64,000 nucleotides of DNA, from the NCBI GenBank assembly GCA_002269645.1, contig NIVC01001672.1, positions 119,428 to 183,427 of the forward strand, in the 5' to 3' direction. This DNA is from Macrostomum lignano. Its lineage: Eukaryota. Position 1 is the first letter of the stretch; each line of letters begins with the position of its first letter. Positions 11,401 through 26,453 of the stretch are shown here, one piece after another. The notes beneath the pieces are model-generated. The model was not told where the DNA came from. It ran no database searches and saw only the letters and a list, made by a program, of their open reading frames with translations. A program made the position numbers and the translations under genes.

Positions 11401-12236
11401 ACGTAAAAAGTAACTTGCTATTGGTTGGTGCAAGCTCCATTAAGATGTGCATCACAGCAGCTTTAGGTGGAACACAGAGTAAGGCCAATAAAATAGATGG
11501 GTGCAAGGGCGCCGTTAAGCTAATAGTTAGGTGGGCCAATAAATGAGCTTTGTTTAAAATAAATTAAAACGCTTCCATATTACTTGCTGCTGAACTGAAA
11601 GTAGCTTACACGTAAATGTGCTGAATGGCACACCTAGTTATTATACAGTATCCAGTCCAGTTACTATCACATGCAGGAGATTGGACCAAATTTTTGGAAT
11701 CGAACCCCCGGGTCCTCCTCTGACGCTTCCAAGCTCACTTCAAGCTCGCCGAGTTCGTGCGGCCCCGGTCGCACGGGGAACTCCGGCAGGAACAGCGACT
11801 CGATGAACGGCACGGGCCATTTCGACTTCGATCCGCCAAACGGATCGCCAAGTGTAGATTGTTGAATGCACCGACGGCTGCCGCGATTCCAGCGGTCAGC
11901 CAGCTCAGAAACTGGCGCTGCTGAGCCAGCCATAATCTGATGCTGTTGCTCAGGCTGCGGCTGCTGCTGCTGATGCTCAGACTCCAGCTCCGGTTCCGGT
12001 GGAGTTGCCAATCGATTTTGCTCGGCCCCGCTAACCAGCTCGTCAGCGTCCACGCCGTCAGCTCTGGCGACGCCGAGCCCCGACGAGGCCGCCCGGCCGC
12101 TGTGCGACCTGAAGCTCAGGCGGGAGGCCCAGCGGCGGATGCGGCGAAAAGACGACTGGCGCAGGCGGTGCAGCGAGGCGAAGCTGTGCTCTCGGGCACC
12201 CCCACGCTCGTAAACGACGCCCTGCCGGTTGCCCAT
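8455..12236 (-). CDS. RSKR: Ribosomal protein S6 kinase-related (RSKR/SGK494-like) AGC-type kinase; complement(join(8455..9012,9472..9560,10638..11136,11739..12236))
   Basis: [19 protein letters not shown]-terminal motif typical of SGK494. Kinase motifs [41 protein letters not shown]. All three introns are GT-AG with phases 0,1,0 joining in frame. Confidence 0.9.
9024..9420. repeat. GT-rich degenerate minisatellite in kinase intron 3
   Basis: Repeated GTGTGGG(A/G)TT-type units. Confidence 0.85.
9622..10590. repeat. Two adjacent minisatellites in kinase intron 2: 21-bp (GTGTGAATGGATTGAACTCCT, 9622-9852) and 41-bp (GTGAATCACAGAATCTACACGTGAACAGAAAGAGCCAGATT, about 9880-10590, about 17 copies)
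   Basis: Tandem periodicity. Confidence 0.95.
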
Positions 12237-12500
12237 GACAACCAAAACAAAGCTGGCGTCTCTCGATCTCGATGTCTGCGCACTGTTTTGTTATAGCTTT
12301 TTACTCTTTTTTAGTGTACCAATTGTCTCTGTAGGGTTGATTGATGAAGCATCAGGTATGATTTGATAGGAATGAAAAATTGCATATTCTTTTCCTCCAT
12401 GTCTTGTGTTGCATCTATTCTAGCCAATGTAATCTTTAGTTTAGTTAATAGATTATAACCAGTGTAATTATATTTATATTCAACAGCTTTTTATATTCAG

Positions 12501-12731
12501 CTGCTAAGGGTTAAGGAGCACTGTACAAGAACTAGCGATGTGTACGACCACCTCCTTATGTGCAACCAATGCACTAAAGTTAGGTATGCTGAGAAATTTG
12601 AAATTATCGATTGTAACTGCCAGAGTATGAAGTTGTCTACTCTTGAGGCATTGTACATTAAATAGCTAAAGCCCACCATGAACATCTAACTTGGTGGTAG
12701 AGGGGCGAGTGTCTATCTAAAAGTGTTCTAA
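12501..12731 (+). mobile_element. Penelope-like element relic: C-terminal part of a GIY-YIG endonuclease with premature stops
   Basis: Frame from 12501 reads LLRVKEHCTRTSDVYDHLLMCNQC...FEIID...LSTLEALYIK*LKPTMNI*LGGRGASVYLKVF*, matching the RxKEH...VYDH...EALYIK..KP.LN.Q pattern of PLE endonucleases. Confidence 0.7.
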
Positions 12732-12835
12732 CCCTATGTGCTTGCCTCTTATTTAGGGCCAACTAACTCTGCATACCCATACTTGCATCATTTTGGCTTA
12801 CTAGACTTAAAAATTTACCATCTCTTTGCATCAAT

Positions 12836-12885
12836 ATTATTGCCTGAAGATGCCAATTGTTTGGCAAAACATGTCGCACAAAGAT
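12836..12885 (+). ncRNA. Decayed minimal type I hammerhead ribozyme in the Penelope pseudo-LTR (probably inactive)
   Basis: TGC-CTGAAGA-T-GCC-AATTGTTT-GGC-AAAAC-ATGTC-GCA: core CUGAAGA, stem II GCC/GGC, GAAAC changed to AAAAC, palindromic ACATGT stem III, GUC cleavage triplet, 3-bp stem I. Confidence 0.5.
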
Positions 12886-13347
12886 TAATCCATAAAAAAA
12901 TCAATAATAAACATATATTTAGCTTATTTTAGTATAGACTTATAAGACTTAAATTCAATTAAGGGTTAGGGCCTATACTTGTAGCCAGAAAATTGAAGAT
13001 GCTCTATCCATTTTAACTTTTTAATATATATAAAATATACTAAAATTTAGGCTATATGATTAAAATAAAATAGGGAAATAATGCAAACTTAATACAAAAT
13101 TGAACAGTAATGATTAGTCTAACCAATCTGCTTGTGCTTGTCTGCCTGTGCTATGCTATATATTGAGACTAAGTATGCATTAATGCTGCTATATGACTAT
13201 GCCTCTTCTTTTTTCTTTTTTGAATTTTCCTATATAATCTATATATAACATGAGTGTAGTCAGTTTATTGAAATATATTAGTAAAGAAAGTTTGGTCTCC
13301 AAATTTGGAAGTGTCAGCCAATATATTGATATGAATGAGCCTATAGT

Positions 13348-14707
13348 CAGTGTTGGGCAAGTTGGCTTCAAAGGTAACGAGCTCGCCGACTCCCTCGCTA
13401 AGGCGGGGTGTTCCGGCTCGCTCCTTGGCCCCGTGCCCCTGGCCCCCATCCCCGCCACAGTCATTAATCGTCAGATTAACGACTGGGCGGACATCCTGCA
13501 CTTGCGCAGATGGGATGGTATCTCCAACTGCCGCCAATCTCGTGCAGCAGTGCCCAATCCGTCCCTTAAGCTGCGGAGAATCCTTTTGAACCAAAATCGA
13601 AAAGATATCCGCGCTCTCACTATGACCTTCACAGGTCACGGTTGCTTTGCCAGGCACTGTTTCCTCCGAAGTGCCCGCCGGAGCGAACTCTGCCCTTTCT
13701 GCAACCTTGAGAACGAAGACGCCAAGCACTTCATCTGCCACTGCCCGGCCTTCAACCAAGACCGGCTCAACCACCTCGGACCCAACCCGTCCCTGGACGA
13801 CGTTTGCCGGCCCGAGAACATCCCACGGCTCATCCGGTTCCTCCGGGCCACCAAGCGAGCCTCCGTCTTCCCCACCGAAGACAACGCTGCTGACAGGACC
13901 GGCAGACCTCCCTGACCGGCCCCGCGCCCTAGCCTATGCGGGTCTTTCAGGGATTAGCGGAATGGGCGACGCTCGCCTCCCCGCTGCGTCTTCGGACCGC
14001 CCTGCAGCTAAGTCAAGTAAGTCAAAGTTGGGCAAGTTACTTTGAAAAAGTAACTTCCAATTAAGTAACTTCCAGTTCCAGGGAAAGTAACTTTTGGCAC
14101 TTGTTCCAGTACCGGTACTTTTTATAAAAAGTAACTTCCGGTACTTTCATTACTGGTCCTTTATTTTAAAGAATGGCCAATTATTAAGTGCTCAAACATG
14201 TCTTTATGAAAAAAAACAAAAATTATTTGTTGGTCGAGACTTATACATGCTGTTATTCCTCAAAAAAGATGCTACATAATATTTTTTTATTATTGCATCC
14301 AAAATTTGAGTGAATAAACAAAACCTTTACAAAACAATGATTAGCAGCATCTGATATATCAGGACGCTATAGTCGTGATTTGTAGAAAAAAATTTGGAGG
14401 CCAAATTTCAAATTTCAACTTAAAAGATAAAAACCACACAAACTATGATCATCTCTTTTTTACCTTTTTATAATTGTACTGAGTATTTTGGTAAAAGTTT
14501 AGCGCTTTTGGGAAATTTTAGTGCTAAATTGGCTGTTTATCAGCTAAAATTTCAGTTTAAAGTGCCGGAGGACTGGATTTATCAAAAAGTAACTTCTGTT
14601 ACCCTAGTCTGACATTCTGAAAAAAAGAACTAGAAAAAAGTGCCACTTTAAAAAAGTAACTATTGATACTAAAAGTGCCAAAAGTGCCGGAACTTTGCCC
14701 AACACTG
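13348..14707. mobile_element. Non-autonomous hAT-type DNA transposon (MITE) carrying a LINE insertion
   Basis: TIRs CAGTGTTGGGCAAGTT (13348) and AACTTTGCCCAACACTG (ends 14707); perfect 8-bp TSD CCTATAGT at 13340-13347 and 14708-14715. Confidence 0.85.
13364..14026 (+). mobile_element. 5'-truncated I-group non-LTR retrotransposon (end of RNase H, CCHC finger, 3' UTR)
   Basis: VGFKGNELADSLAKAG is the RNase H C-terminal motif; CPFCNLENEDAKHFICHC fits C-x2-C-x8-H-x4-C; tail (TAAGTCAAG)2; 12-bp TSD GTTGGGCAAGTT at 13352-13363 and 14027-14038. Confidence 0.85.
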
Positions 14708-16015
14708 CCTATAGTAATACTAGGCCCTATTTGATTCTATAATCTTACTTTTATTAGCAATACAATTATAAGTTTTATTAGGAAAAAGTTGTTCCACTCT
14801 TTCTAAAATGAAAAAAGATTGATAAAGTCTATAAGTATAAAGTAAATTAAGTACAAAATAAAAATAATATGCAATACTTGCAAATTAAATTTCCTATAGT
14901 ATGTGCAAGTGCAATGTTTCAGTGGCAGTTTAGAATATATCATTGAAATAAAAAAATCTATTTTATATTGCAGTTAAAAATAAAAGCTTTTAGGCCTATT
15001 CAATTTTATATTGCAGTAAAAAAATTACATTTTATTTTATAACTCCATACTTTTACACCAACTATGATCAGAAGATAAATAAATAGGCTAGCCACCTATG
15101 ATTCATGAAAAAAGCTAGCTACTCTATGAATTTCTTATATTCAAGCAAAATATGATATATTATGACAATATTTATATTTTCAGTTTATAATAGATAGATA
15201 GATACCGACAGACCATTTTTAGTATATGGATCTTTTGAGTTAAAAACCACAGCTCAGGTTCATCTGAGATGCTAGCTCGATCAATTTTGTATAATTGCAA
15301 CCAGTTTTCTTCATTTGACAGTTAAATGAAATTTCGACCTGCTTTCGTTTGGATGGACACGGATGGCTAGCATTGAATAAAGAATGAACGTTTAGCTCAT
15401 ACTACAAGGAAGTCACAAATTAAGATTGTGTACACATAAAAAGCAAACCAAGCCGTTTGGTATTGGTATAATGTCTAAATGAAAACGATTCATAAAATTT
15501 ATGAAATGTAAATTTTCTTCCCAGAATTTAGCATTGTGAAAAATAAAAGGAACTCATTTTTGCCTCTATCAGGCATATGCAACTTTAAACGTTCTGCATT
15601 TGATACTTGAATATTTTAGAGCAAAATTTAATAAAATGAAGTTTTTAAATGGTACTTTATATGTTTCGTTAGATTTTGTTAAGCAGGTTTTTTATTTTTA
15701 CCGGTTTACCGGTTTACCGGTTTACTTTACACAGGCACGACAATTGACTGCAAAAATTGATATACATACACTGTTATTGGGTTATGGTTAGGGTTAAATT
15801 GATAGGGTTTAGGTTTGCATGAGTTATATTGTAAGAAACTACATGTATGGTTGGTTTATGATGGGGCCCAGTTTAATTAAGTTATAGCGGCAGTCATGCA
15901 ATTCGTGGAAACCAAATAATTCAACCCAATTAGTAATAGATTTGCAGACCCTATCTAGATTCAACAAAAAATCAAATTATGGGGATAACACCTTCTATCT
16001 CATATAGTCACAGGG

Positions 16016-17031
16016 TAGGGATTGCAATCCCGGGATCCCGAATCCCGGGATCCCGGACACTTTTTGGCCTGACGGAATCCCGGGATTAGGGGCTTGCACG
16101 CATAGCAAAATTACGTATCCAATAGAAAGTGGGACGTCTCCAATACGTAACTTTTTTGGTTGCAGGAACGTCTTTGATACGTATCCAATTTTTATGATCC
16201 TCTAAAGAAGCTCGTTTCAACAAAAATGGTGAACAGATAATGCTTGTAATTTTATTGATTATTTATTCCACCGTTTTTGTAGAAACGAGCTTCTTTAGAG
16301 GATCATAAAAATTGGATACGTATCAAAGACGTTCCTGCAACCAAAAAAGTTACGTATTGGAGACGTCCCACTTTCTATTGGATACTAATTTTGCTATGCG
16401 GGTTGGGATCCCGGGATTGGAAACTTTTTGATTGAGTGGGGGATATCCATAATACATTACACAAAGTAACATTCGCGCGTCGTGATCATGAGTCGTGATC
16501 GTGACGTGACTCTCGATTCTCAAATCGTGATACAATACAAATTATACAATACATACAATTACATGCAAGTCTCAAACTTGTGAATTACTTGTGTAACTTG
16601 TGAAGTGAGGTTGTGTAACTTGTGTTATGTACACAAAAGCATTGAAAAATGACTGGGAGATAATTTTGCATGCATGTATAGTATTACGATTACGAGCTCG
16701 TAAGTTACAAGTGTAGAAAATAACAAAACAAGAAAAGAAACCATTATATATTAGATAATAGATACTCGGTAATGCTGTCAAGTCAAGAAATATGAAAATT
16801 ATTACACACTATTACTGCTTTACACATTCGTGTTCTCGTTTTTTAGTAAAATCAAAAAGAAAAGTTATTACTTTTAAAAAACGTTTAAAAGAAGCGGGTT
16901 TTCTGGCATTCTGTCGGCAAAAATATTTAAAATGTCAATCCCGGGATTGGGTCCGGGATCCCGGGATTGAGTCGATCATTGCTTCGTCCGGGATCCCGGG
17001 ATCGTAGAACAGTCGGGATTTGCAATCCCTA
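16016..17031. mobile_element. Non-autonomous hAT-type element with subterminal ATCCCGGGAT repeats
   Basis: TIR TAGGGATTGCAA / TTGCAATCCCTA; GTCACAGG flanks both ends (16007-16014 with one extra G before the TIR; 17032-17039). Confidence 0.75.
16099..16400. repeat. Near-perfect fold-back inverted repeat (about 135-bp arms, about 32-nt loop) nested in the hAT element
   Basis: 16099-16233 is the reverse complement of 16266-16400 with few mismatches. Confidence 0.9.
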
Positions 17032-18493
17032 GTCACAGGCACTTTCCCGACGCGGGCCAAATTTTATGTCGGCAAGCATGCAATTATCATGCGAGCCAAT
17101 AATATCGGCGGGCATATTTCGGCGAGCAAACTTCGGTGGGAAAAAGGAGTAACTAACCTGCCAGCTTAGTGTCTCAATTTCACATCAGATTTCACGTACA
17201 ATATACGTACAATCCATAAATTGCAAATTTGCATTTTTGTCGCTGGCCCAACCTGTCTTTTTGTTTCGGATGTAAGGAAGGCTTATTATGCAGCGACACA
17301 TGTGTGACGGTTTGAACTGTTGTAGATCGTTTTGTGTGCCGTCGTTGTGAAAGTCTTTACAAAAGAATAATTATTAATTATTGTATCAAATTGTTCATCT
17401 TGTGGCGGCCAGACTACGCGACCGGCAGCACCAGTGCAGCCGCACTGGAAACCCCTCCCCGCCTCTGTCTAGCTGAGGTGGGGTGGGTACGCGCCAAGCT
17501 AGCCGGCTCGCTAAGCCGGGGGGGTTGGCGTAGCCAAGCACGCCATGCCACCTTTTCGCACCTCCCTTGGCCCCTCAATCCTCAGCCCCTGTTTGTTATA
17601 ATCATATAAATACACGCGCAACGCAGTGCAGAATCTTGGCTGCCATACCATCTATCGAACTAAAAGGCCTTCCGCCTCAATCTGTATGTATTGTTTGATA
17701 TTTTAAGCAGTTTTAGTTTACGCTCTTTTTGTTTAAATCTCTATACTTAAATTTCAAATTACTATATAAAACGTTTTGAATTTCGCCTCCAAGTTGGTTG
17801 TTTGGTTGGTCGCTCGATCGTCGCTCTTGAGTCTTGGCCTTGCACTGGCTCTAATACTTTTAATAGATAAATATATTGAATAGTTCGACAGTATTTCGAC
17901 AGCTCGACCCTGTACCGCCTCGCTTAGTTTGCTACACTTGTTCATTACTCGTATATATGTGGGTCATGATAGACCGCTACGCCACTCATCAACATCAGTC
18001 GTCAGCAAAAGAAAATTAGGCCTACAACTTCGTCACACATGTATGTATTGACAGCGTATATTTTCTGTGCAATGCCCCCGAATCGACATCGAAAGCACGT
18101 GCAATAGTAAATATAGATTACCAGTTTTTAAATCAAACGGAAAAATTATTGTACAGAATCAATTAATATCATGATGCGTCATAGTTTGAACCGAACTTTT
18201 GGGTTTTTCAGTGACAGCTGAGAATCTTTGCCGTGTCATTCTTTGATCTGATCGTTTTTGATCCCAGCCTTGACCTCATTCCCATAACCGCATTTCTGAC
18301 CCCAGCCTTGGCTTCATTCCCGCAATTTATTGTTTATTTAGCAATTCATTTAGCAATTTATTGTTGCCGAGTTGATGAGTTCAATGAGTTGTTGATCATC
18401 ACTAATGAGAATTATTTCGCATGCGCAATGAGTATATCGCAGGTCCTCATCGATTCTAACAGCAAATTTTCATCGGAGACACTCAATCAGTAG

Positions 18494-21242
<2,749 letters not shown>

Positions 21243-21907
21243 TTTGGTTGAGTCCCGGTTAACTTTAATCCAAGAGGCTTTTCTTGTCTAGACTAGTAAA
21301 TGTCCCGCGTATGGCTGCAGTTTTGTATCTTTATGATGTACGTGTGTGATGTACATGGAAGCGGGGGCATGCTATCTTTCCCTCTCTCTCTCCCCTCACT
21401 CTCTCACCCCTGTGCAGGGAAGTTCTACCAGGTGAAATGTCACCACCGAACTTTGTTTATATTGCGATTTATCAAGTAGCACTGAATAAAATTACATCGA
21501 AAAACTTGGGACAGTTGCAAAACGTAAAATTTTGGCGAAAATTATTGCGCTATGTTTATGAAGCTTAGCGCAAACTGTTGTTAAACTTTTTCTGTACATA
21601 TTTCACACGGATTCTTTCAAAGGTGCGTGTATATATTTTTCTAAACATCCGCCAACCACGTGATTTGACAGCAACCAAGTTTTGAATAAAGAAATGTATC
21701 AAGGTTAAAACAAAACAAAATGTAGTTTATTCAAATAGAAAGAGGTTTTAATCATGCAGGTGGACCTGGTGCTTTAGATCTCTTTTTCTTGAAGTAATCT
21801 TGAAGTAATCTTGCTTGAAGAGTCATAGTCGGTCAAATAGAGGCATAGCCAGTATTTTTCATTACATGAGGAGGCACATCTTTGTGTGGGCCCCAAGGCG
21901 ACAGTGA

Positions 21908-22126
21908 AGGGGCGCCAGTATCAAGGGGCGCCAGTATCAATTGGGGCGCCAATATCAAGGGCACCAGTATCAAGGGCGCCAGTATCAAGGGTCGCCAGTA
22001 TCAAGGGTCGCCAGTATCAAGGGGCGCCAGTATCAAGGGGCGCCAGTATCAAGGGGCGCCAGTATCCAGGGGCGCCAGTATCAAGGGGCGCCAGTATCAA
22101 GGGGCGCCAGTATCAAGGGGCGCCAG
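21908..22126. repeat. 16-bp minisatellite (GGGGCGCCAGTATCAA) between the two TNF-like genes
   Basis: Tandem periodicity. Confidence 0.95.
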
Positions 22127-22531
22127 CAAAAAGGAGTGCCAGCACCATGAGCGCCTGCGGCATGAAGTGCTGCCAAAGACAATTAAAGTAGTTGCTGGGG
22201 AACTGCTAAAACTGAGAATGTGGAAGTCATAATTTTTGCCAGTCTATTGTTGAGACCACCCTCTATCCCGGTAGCTTCACCCCTGAAATGATCTCATAGA
22301 AACCATATTTAGAGCCGCAAATTGCGTTTATATATAACAGAGAAACATATATGCATGTGCAACATTTAATACAAGTTATAAATTAGCATTGCAAAGAAGC
22401 TATTGATGAAAACTAATTGACTCCATAAAAATGAAACACTGATTTTTTTAAAAAAAAGTATTTTAATCAGAACAAACTCAAACAGTACTGTATGCATATA
22501 GTGAAAACTACTGTCTCATTCATACTGGCGG

Positions 22532-25500
22532 TCACTGTCGCATTTCTATTTCAAAGTAGGTCAGATGGCCGAGCTGGCTGATGGGTTTGCCTGAATCTGA
22601 GCTATTAAAGGTCAGCACTGAGCCACGTCGCAGGTACCGAGTGCCGAAGATGGTGCAGTGCGTGTAGAGACCGAACACTGTCTCTATGCAGCTGATCCAG
22701 GACTGCCCGTTAACTTTAGCCGAAGTGTCAACTGGCACAGATGGGCTTGGATTCCAAAAAGTCACCTTGAAATTGGTGATGGGTGAATTGGTGATGGATG
22801 AATTAGTGATGGATGAATTAGTGATGGATGAATTAGTGATGGATGAATTAGTGATGGATGAATTGGTGATGGATGAATTGGTGATGTATGAATTGGTGAT
22901 GTATGAATTGGTGATGGATGAATTAGTGATGGATGAATTAGTGATGGATGAATTGGTGATGGATGAATTGGTGATGGATGAATTGGTGATGTATGAATTG
23001 GTGATGGATGAATTAGTGATGGATGAATTAGTGATGGATGAATTGGTGATGGATGAGTTGGTGATGGATGGATTGGTGATGGATGAGTTGGTGATGGATG
23101 AATTGGTGATGGATGAGTTGGTGATGGATGAATTGGTGATGGATGAATTGGTGATGGATGAGTTGGTGATGGATGAGTTGGTGATGGATGAATTGGTGAT
23201 GTATGAATTGGTGATATATGAGTTGGTGATGTATGAATTGGTGATATATGAGTTGGTGATGTATGAATTGGTGATGGATGAATTGGTGATGGATGAATTG
23301 GTGATGGATGAATTGGTGATGGATGAGTTGGTGATGGATGAATTGGTGATGGATGAATTAGTGATGTATGAATTGGTGATGGATGAGTTGGTGATGGATG
23401 AATTGGTGATGGATGAGTTGGTGATGGATGAATTGGTGATGGATGAGTTGGTGATGGATGAGTTGGTGATGGATGAATTGGTGATGGATGAATTAGTGAT
23501 GGATGAGTTGGTGATGTATGAATTGGTGATGGATGAGTTGGTGATGGATGAATTGGTGATGGATGAGTTGGTGATGGATGAATTAGTGATGGATGAATTA
23601 GTGATGGATGAATTGGTGATGGATGAATTGGTGATGTATGAATTGGTGATGGATGAGTTGGTGATGGATGAATTGGTGATGGATGAATTAGTGATGGATG
23701 AATGGGTGATGTATGAATTGGTGATGGATGAATTGGTGATGGATGAATTGGTGATGGATGAGTTGGTGATGGATGAATTGGTGATGGATGAGTTGGTGAT
23801 GGATGAATTGGTGATGGATGAGTTGGTGATGGATGAATTGGTGATGGATGAGTTGGTGATGGATGAATTGGTGATGGATGAATTGGTGATGGATGAGTTG
23901 GTGATGGATGAATTGGTGATGGATGAGTTGGTGATGGATGAGTTGGTGATGGATGAGTTGATGATGGATGAATTGGTGATGGATGAATTAGTGATGGATG
24001 AGTTGGTGATGTATGAATTGGTGATGGATGAGTTGGTGATGGATGAATTGGTGATGTATGAGTTGGTGATGGATGAATTGGTGATGGATGAATTGGTGAT
24101 GGATGAGTTGGTGATGGATGAGTTGGTGATGGACTAATCGGTGATGGACTAATCGGTGACGGGACTAATCGGTGACGGGACCAACCGGTGATGGACGGAT
24201 CGGTGATGGGACTAATCATGATGGACTATTTGTAAACAAATGTAGACAAAAAATACACAATTTTCAACAAACAGCAGGCCTTACAGCTGCATTGATTCGG
24301 TAAACACCATCCAACTGAATTAAAACTTCGGATCCGCGGTCAGTGTGTCGCAGATGAAAGAAATCAGTCATTCTAAAGCAGCTGTATTCCTCCGCTTCCG
24401 CACATTTTAGCTGATAATTGGCTGCAATTTTGACGTTAAAACGGAATGTAAATGCAACACGCTAGACTATGTAAGGCTATGAGACTTCAGCTTTTCGGCA
24501 TTGATTTACTTGTTTTCGACGTATGAATTGAACTCGTTTTGTTCTGAACTTGCAGCTCAAGTCGTAGTCCGATCCACTTCTAAAAAGATAATTTCAAGAG
24601 ATAGCGTGTGAACTTTCAAATTTTAATTGAATATTACCGAGTCAGGGTCGACTCGACTCACTCATTTTGGGGCCGCAGGCACTCATTTTGGGGTCGCAGT
24701 ACTCGTTTTGGGGTCGCAGGCACTCATTTTGGGGCCACAGGCACTCATTTTAGCGCCGCAGGCACTCATTTTGGCGCTGCAGGCACTCATTTTAGCGCCG
24801 CAGGCACTCATTTTGGCGCTGCAGGCACTCATTTTAGCGCCGCAGGCACTCATTTTGGCGCTGCAGGCACTCATTTTAGCGCTGCAGGCACTCATTTTAG
24901 CGCCGCAGGCACTCATTTTGGCGCTGCAGGCACTCATTTTGGCGCTGCAGGCACTCATTTTGGCGCTGCAGGCACTCATTTTAGCGCTGCAGGCACTCAT
25001 TTTAGCGCCGCAGGCACTCATTTTGGCGCTGCAGGCACTCATTTTGGCGCTGCAGGCACTCATTTTGGCGCTGCAGGCACTCATTTTGGCGCTGCAGGCA
25101 CTCATTTTAGCGCCGCAGGCACTCATTTTGGCGCTGCAGGCACTCATTTTAGCGCCGCAGGCACTCATTTTGGCGCCGCAGGCACTCATTTTAGCGCCGC
25201 AGGCACTCATTTTGGCGCTGCAGGCACTCATTTTGGCGCTGCAGGCACTCATTTTGGCGCTGCAGGCACTCATTTTAGCGCCGCAGGCACTCATTTTAGC
25301 GCTGCAGGCACTCATTTTAGCGCCGCAGGCACTCATTTTGGCGCTGCAGGCACTCATTTTGGCGCTGCAGGCACTCATTTTGGCGCTGCAGGCACTCATT
25401 TTGGCGCCGCAGGCACTCATTTTGGCGCCGCAGGCACTCATTTTGGCGCTGCAGGCACTCATTTTAGCGCCGCAGGCACTCATTTTGGCGCTGCAGGCAC

Positions 25501-26453
25501 TCATTTTAGCGCCGCAGGGACTCATTTTGGCGCTGCAGGCACTCATTTTAGCGCTGCAGGCACTCATTTTGGCGCTGCAGGCACTCATTTTAGCGCCGCA
25601 GGCACTCATTTTGGCGCTGCAGGCACTCATTTTAGCGCCGCAGGCACTCATTTTGGCGCTGCAGGCACTCATTTTAGCGCCGCAGGCACTCATTTTGGCG
25701 CTGCAGGCACTCATTTTGTCACATTCAAAGCAAAATTATTGATTTCCATAACCGGTCACTTAGCTTTTACTGTGGGGGGTCATGCCCACCCTTGTCCCAA
25801 CCCGGTGGCGATGCCCCTAGAACCAGGGGTCGTGATGCGAGTCAGAGCTCTTATAAGGCTCATTCACACTGCCATCAAACGAGTCACCAAAGCACACGAC
25901 CAATGCACAAAGGAATCAAATTTGATGTACAAATTGTGTGATCACACGAAATTTGGTCTTATTTGATGGCAGAGTGGAACGATCCTTTAGACTGTGTGTT
26001 TTGTTATAGTCATCGCACAGTCTAAAAATGAACTAGTCTGTATTTCCTTCCGCAGCTGCTCGAGAGTACAGAGCTGCTGAAAAGTAACTCAAGTGACACA
26101 GTGAAGTTGATCACCTTTTCCATTGACATTGCAGACGATGCAGAGATCCTACCGTCCTTGAGACCGCGATTGTTAAGCAGAAAGACGCAACAGACGGCGA
26201 ACAGAGCAACAAGAATGGTCTGGCAGACGAGCCACAGGGCTGGCGTGACGGCGCCTTTCTGCAGGCAGGGTGGCCGGTGATCCACAGCCATGTCGTACAC
26301 CTGGCTGAACCGTTGGCTGATCACCGAGCGAGGTCGCGCCCGATCCTGGCGATGCTTTTTCGACTGTTGCCGATTACTGCTCGGATGGGTGTTCTTGGCT
26401 CGGAGGCTGACCTCAGCCTGTCCGGCGTTCATGTACAGGTAGCTGCCCGACAT
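22532..26453 (-). CDS. TNF-superfamily ligand-like type II membrane protein B; complement(join(22532..22765,24285..24421,24510..24579,[25993..26076 uncertain],26115..26453))
   Basis: Anchor [22 protein letters not shown]. The last three exons share intron phases (0,1,0) with paralog A and read [26 protein letters not shown]|VTF, SC...[18 protein letters not shown]...[11 protein letters not shown]. The 5' exon boundaries are tentative. Confidence 0.7.
22772..24228. repeat. 15-bp minisatellite (GTGATGGATGAATTG), about 95 copies, filling the last intron of TNF-like B
   Basis: Tandem periodicity; source of the spurious MDELV / IHPSP ORFs. Confidence 0.98.
24657..25717. repeat. 21-bp minisatellite (GCAGGCACTCATTTTGGCGCT), about 50 copies, in a TNF-like B intron
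   Basis: Tandem periodicity; source of the spurious AAGTHF ORFs. Confidence 0.98.

Noticed and set aside
17524-17570. Short match to the RTE VLGYA motif region (GGCGTAGCCAAGCACG...TTTTCGC)
   Set aside because: Only about 40 bp of similarity and the flanks diverge immediately; too short to call an element
22686-25966. Very long ORFs (MDELV x n, IHPSP x n, AAGTHF x n, ALILALQ x n)
   Set aside because: They are translations of 15-bp and 21-bp minisatellites, open in several frames on both strands, and lie within introns of TNF-like B
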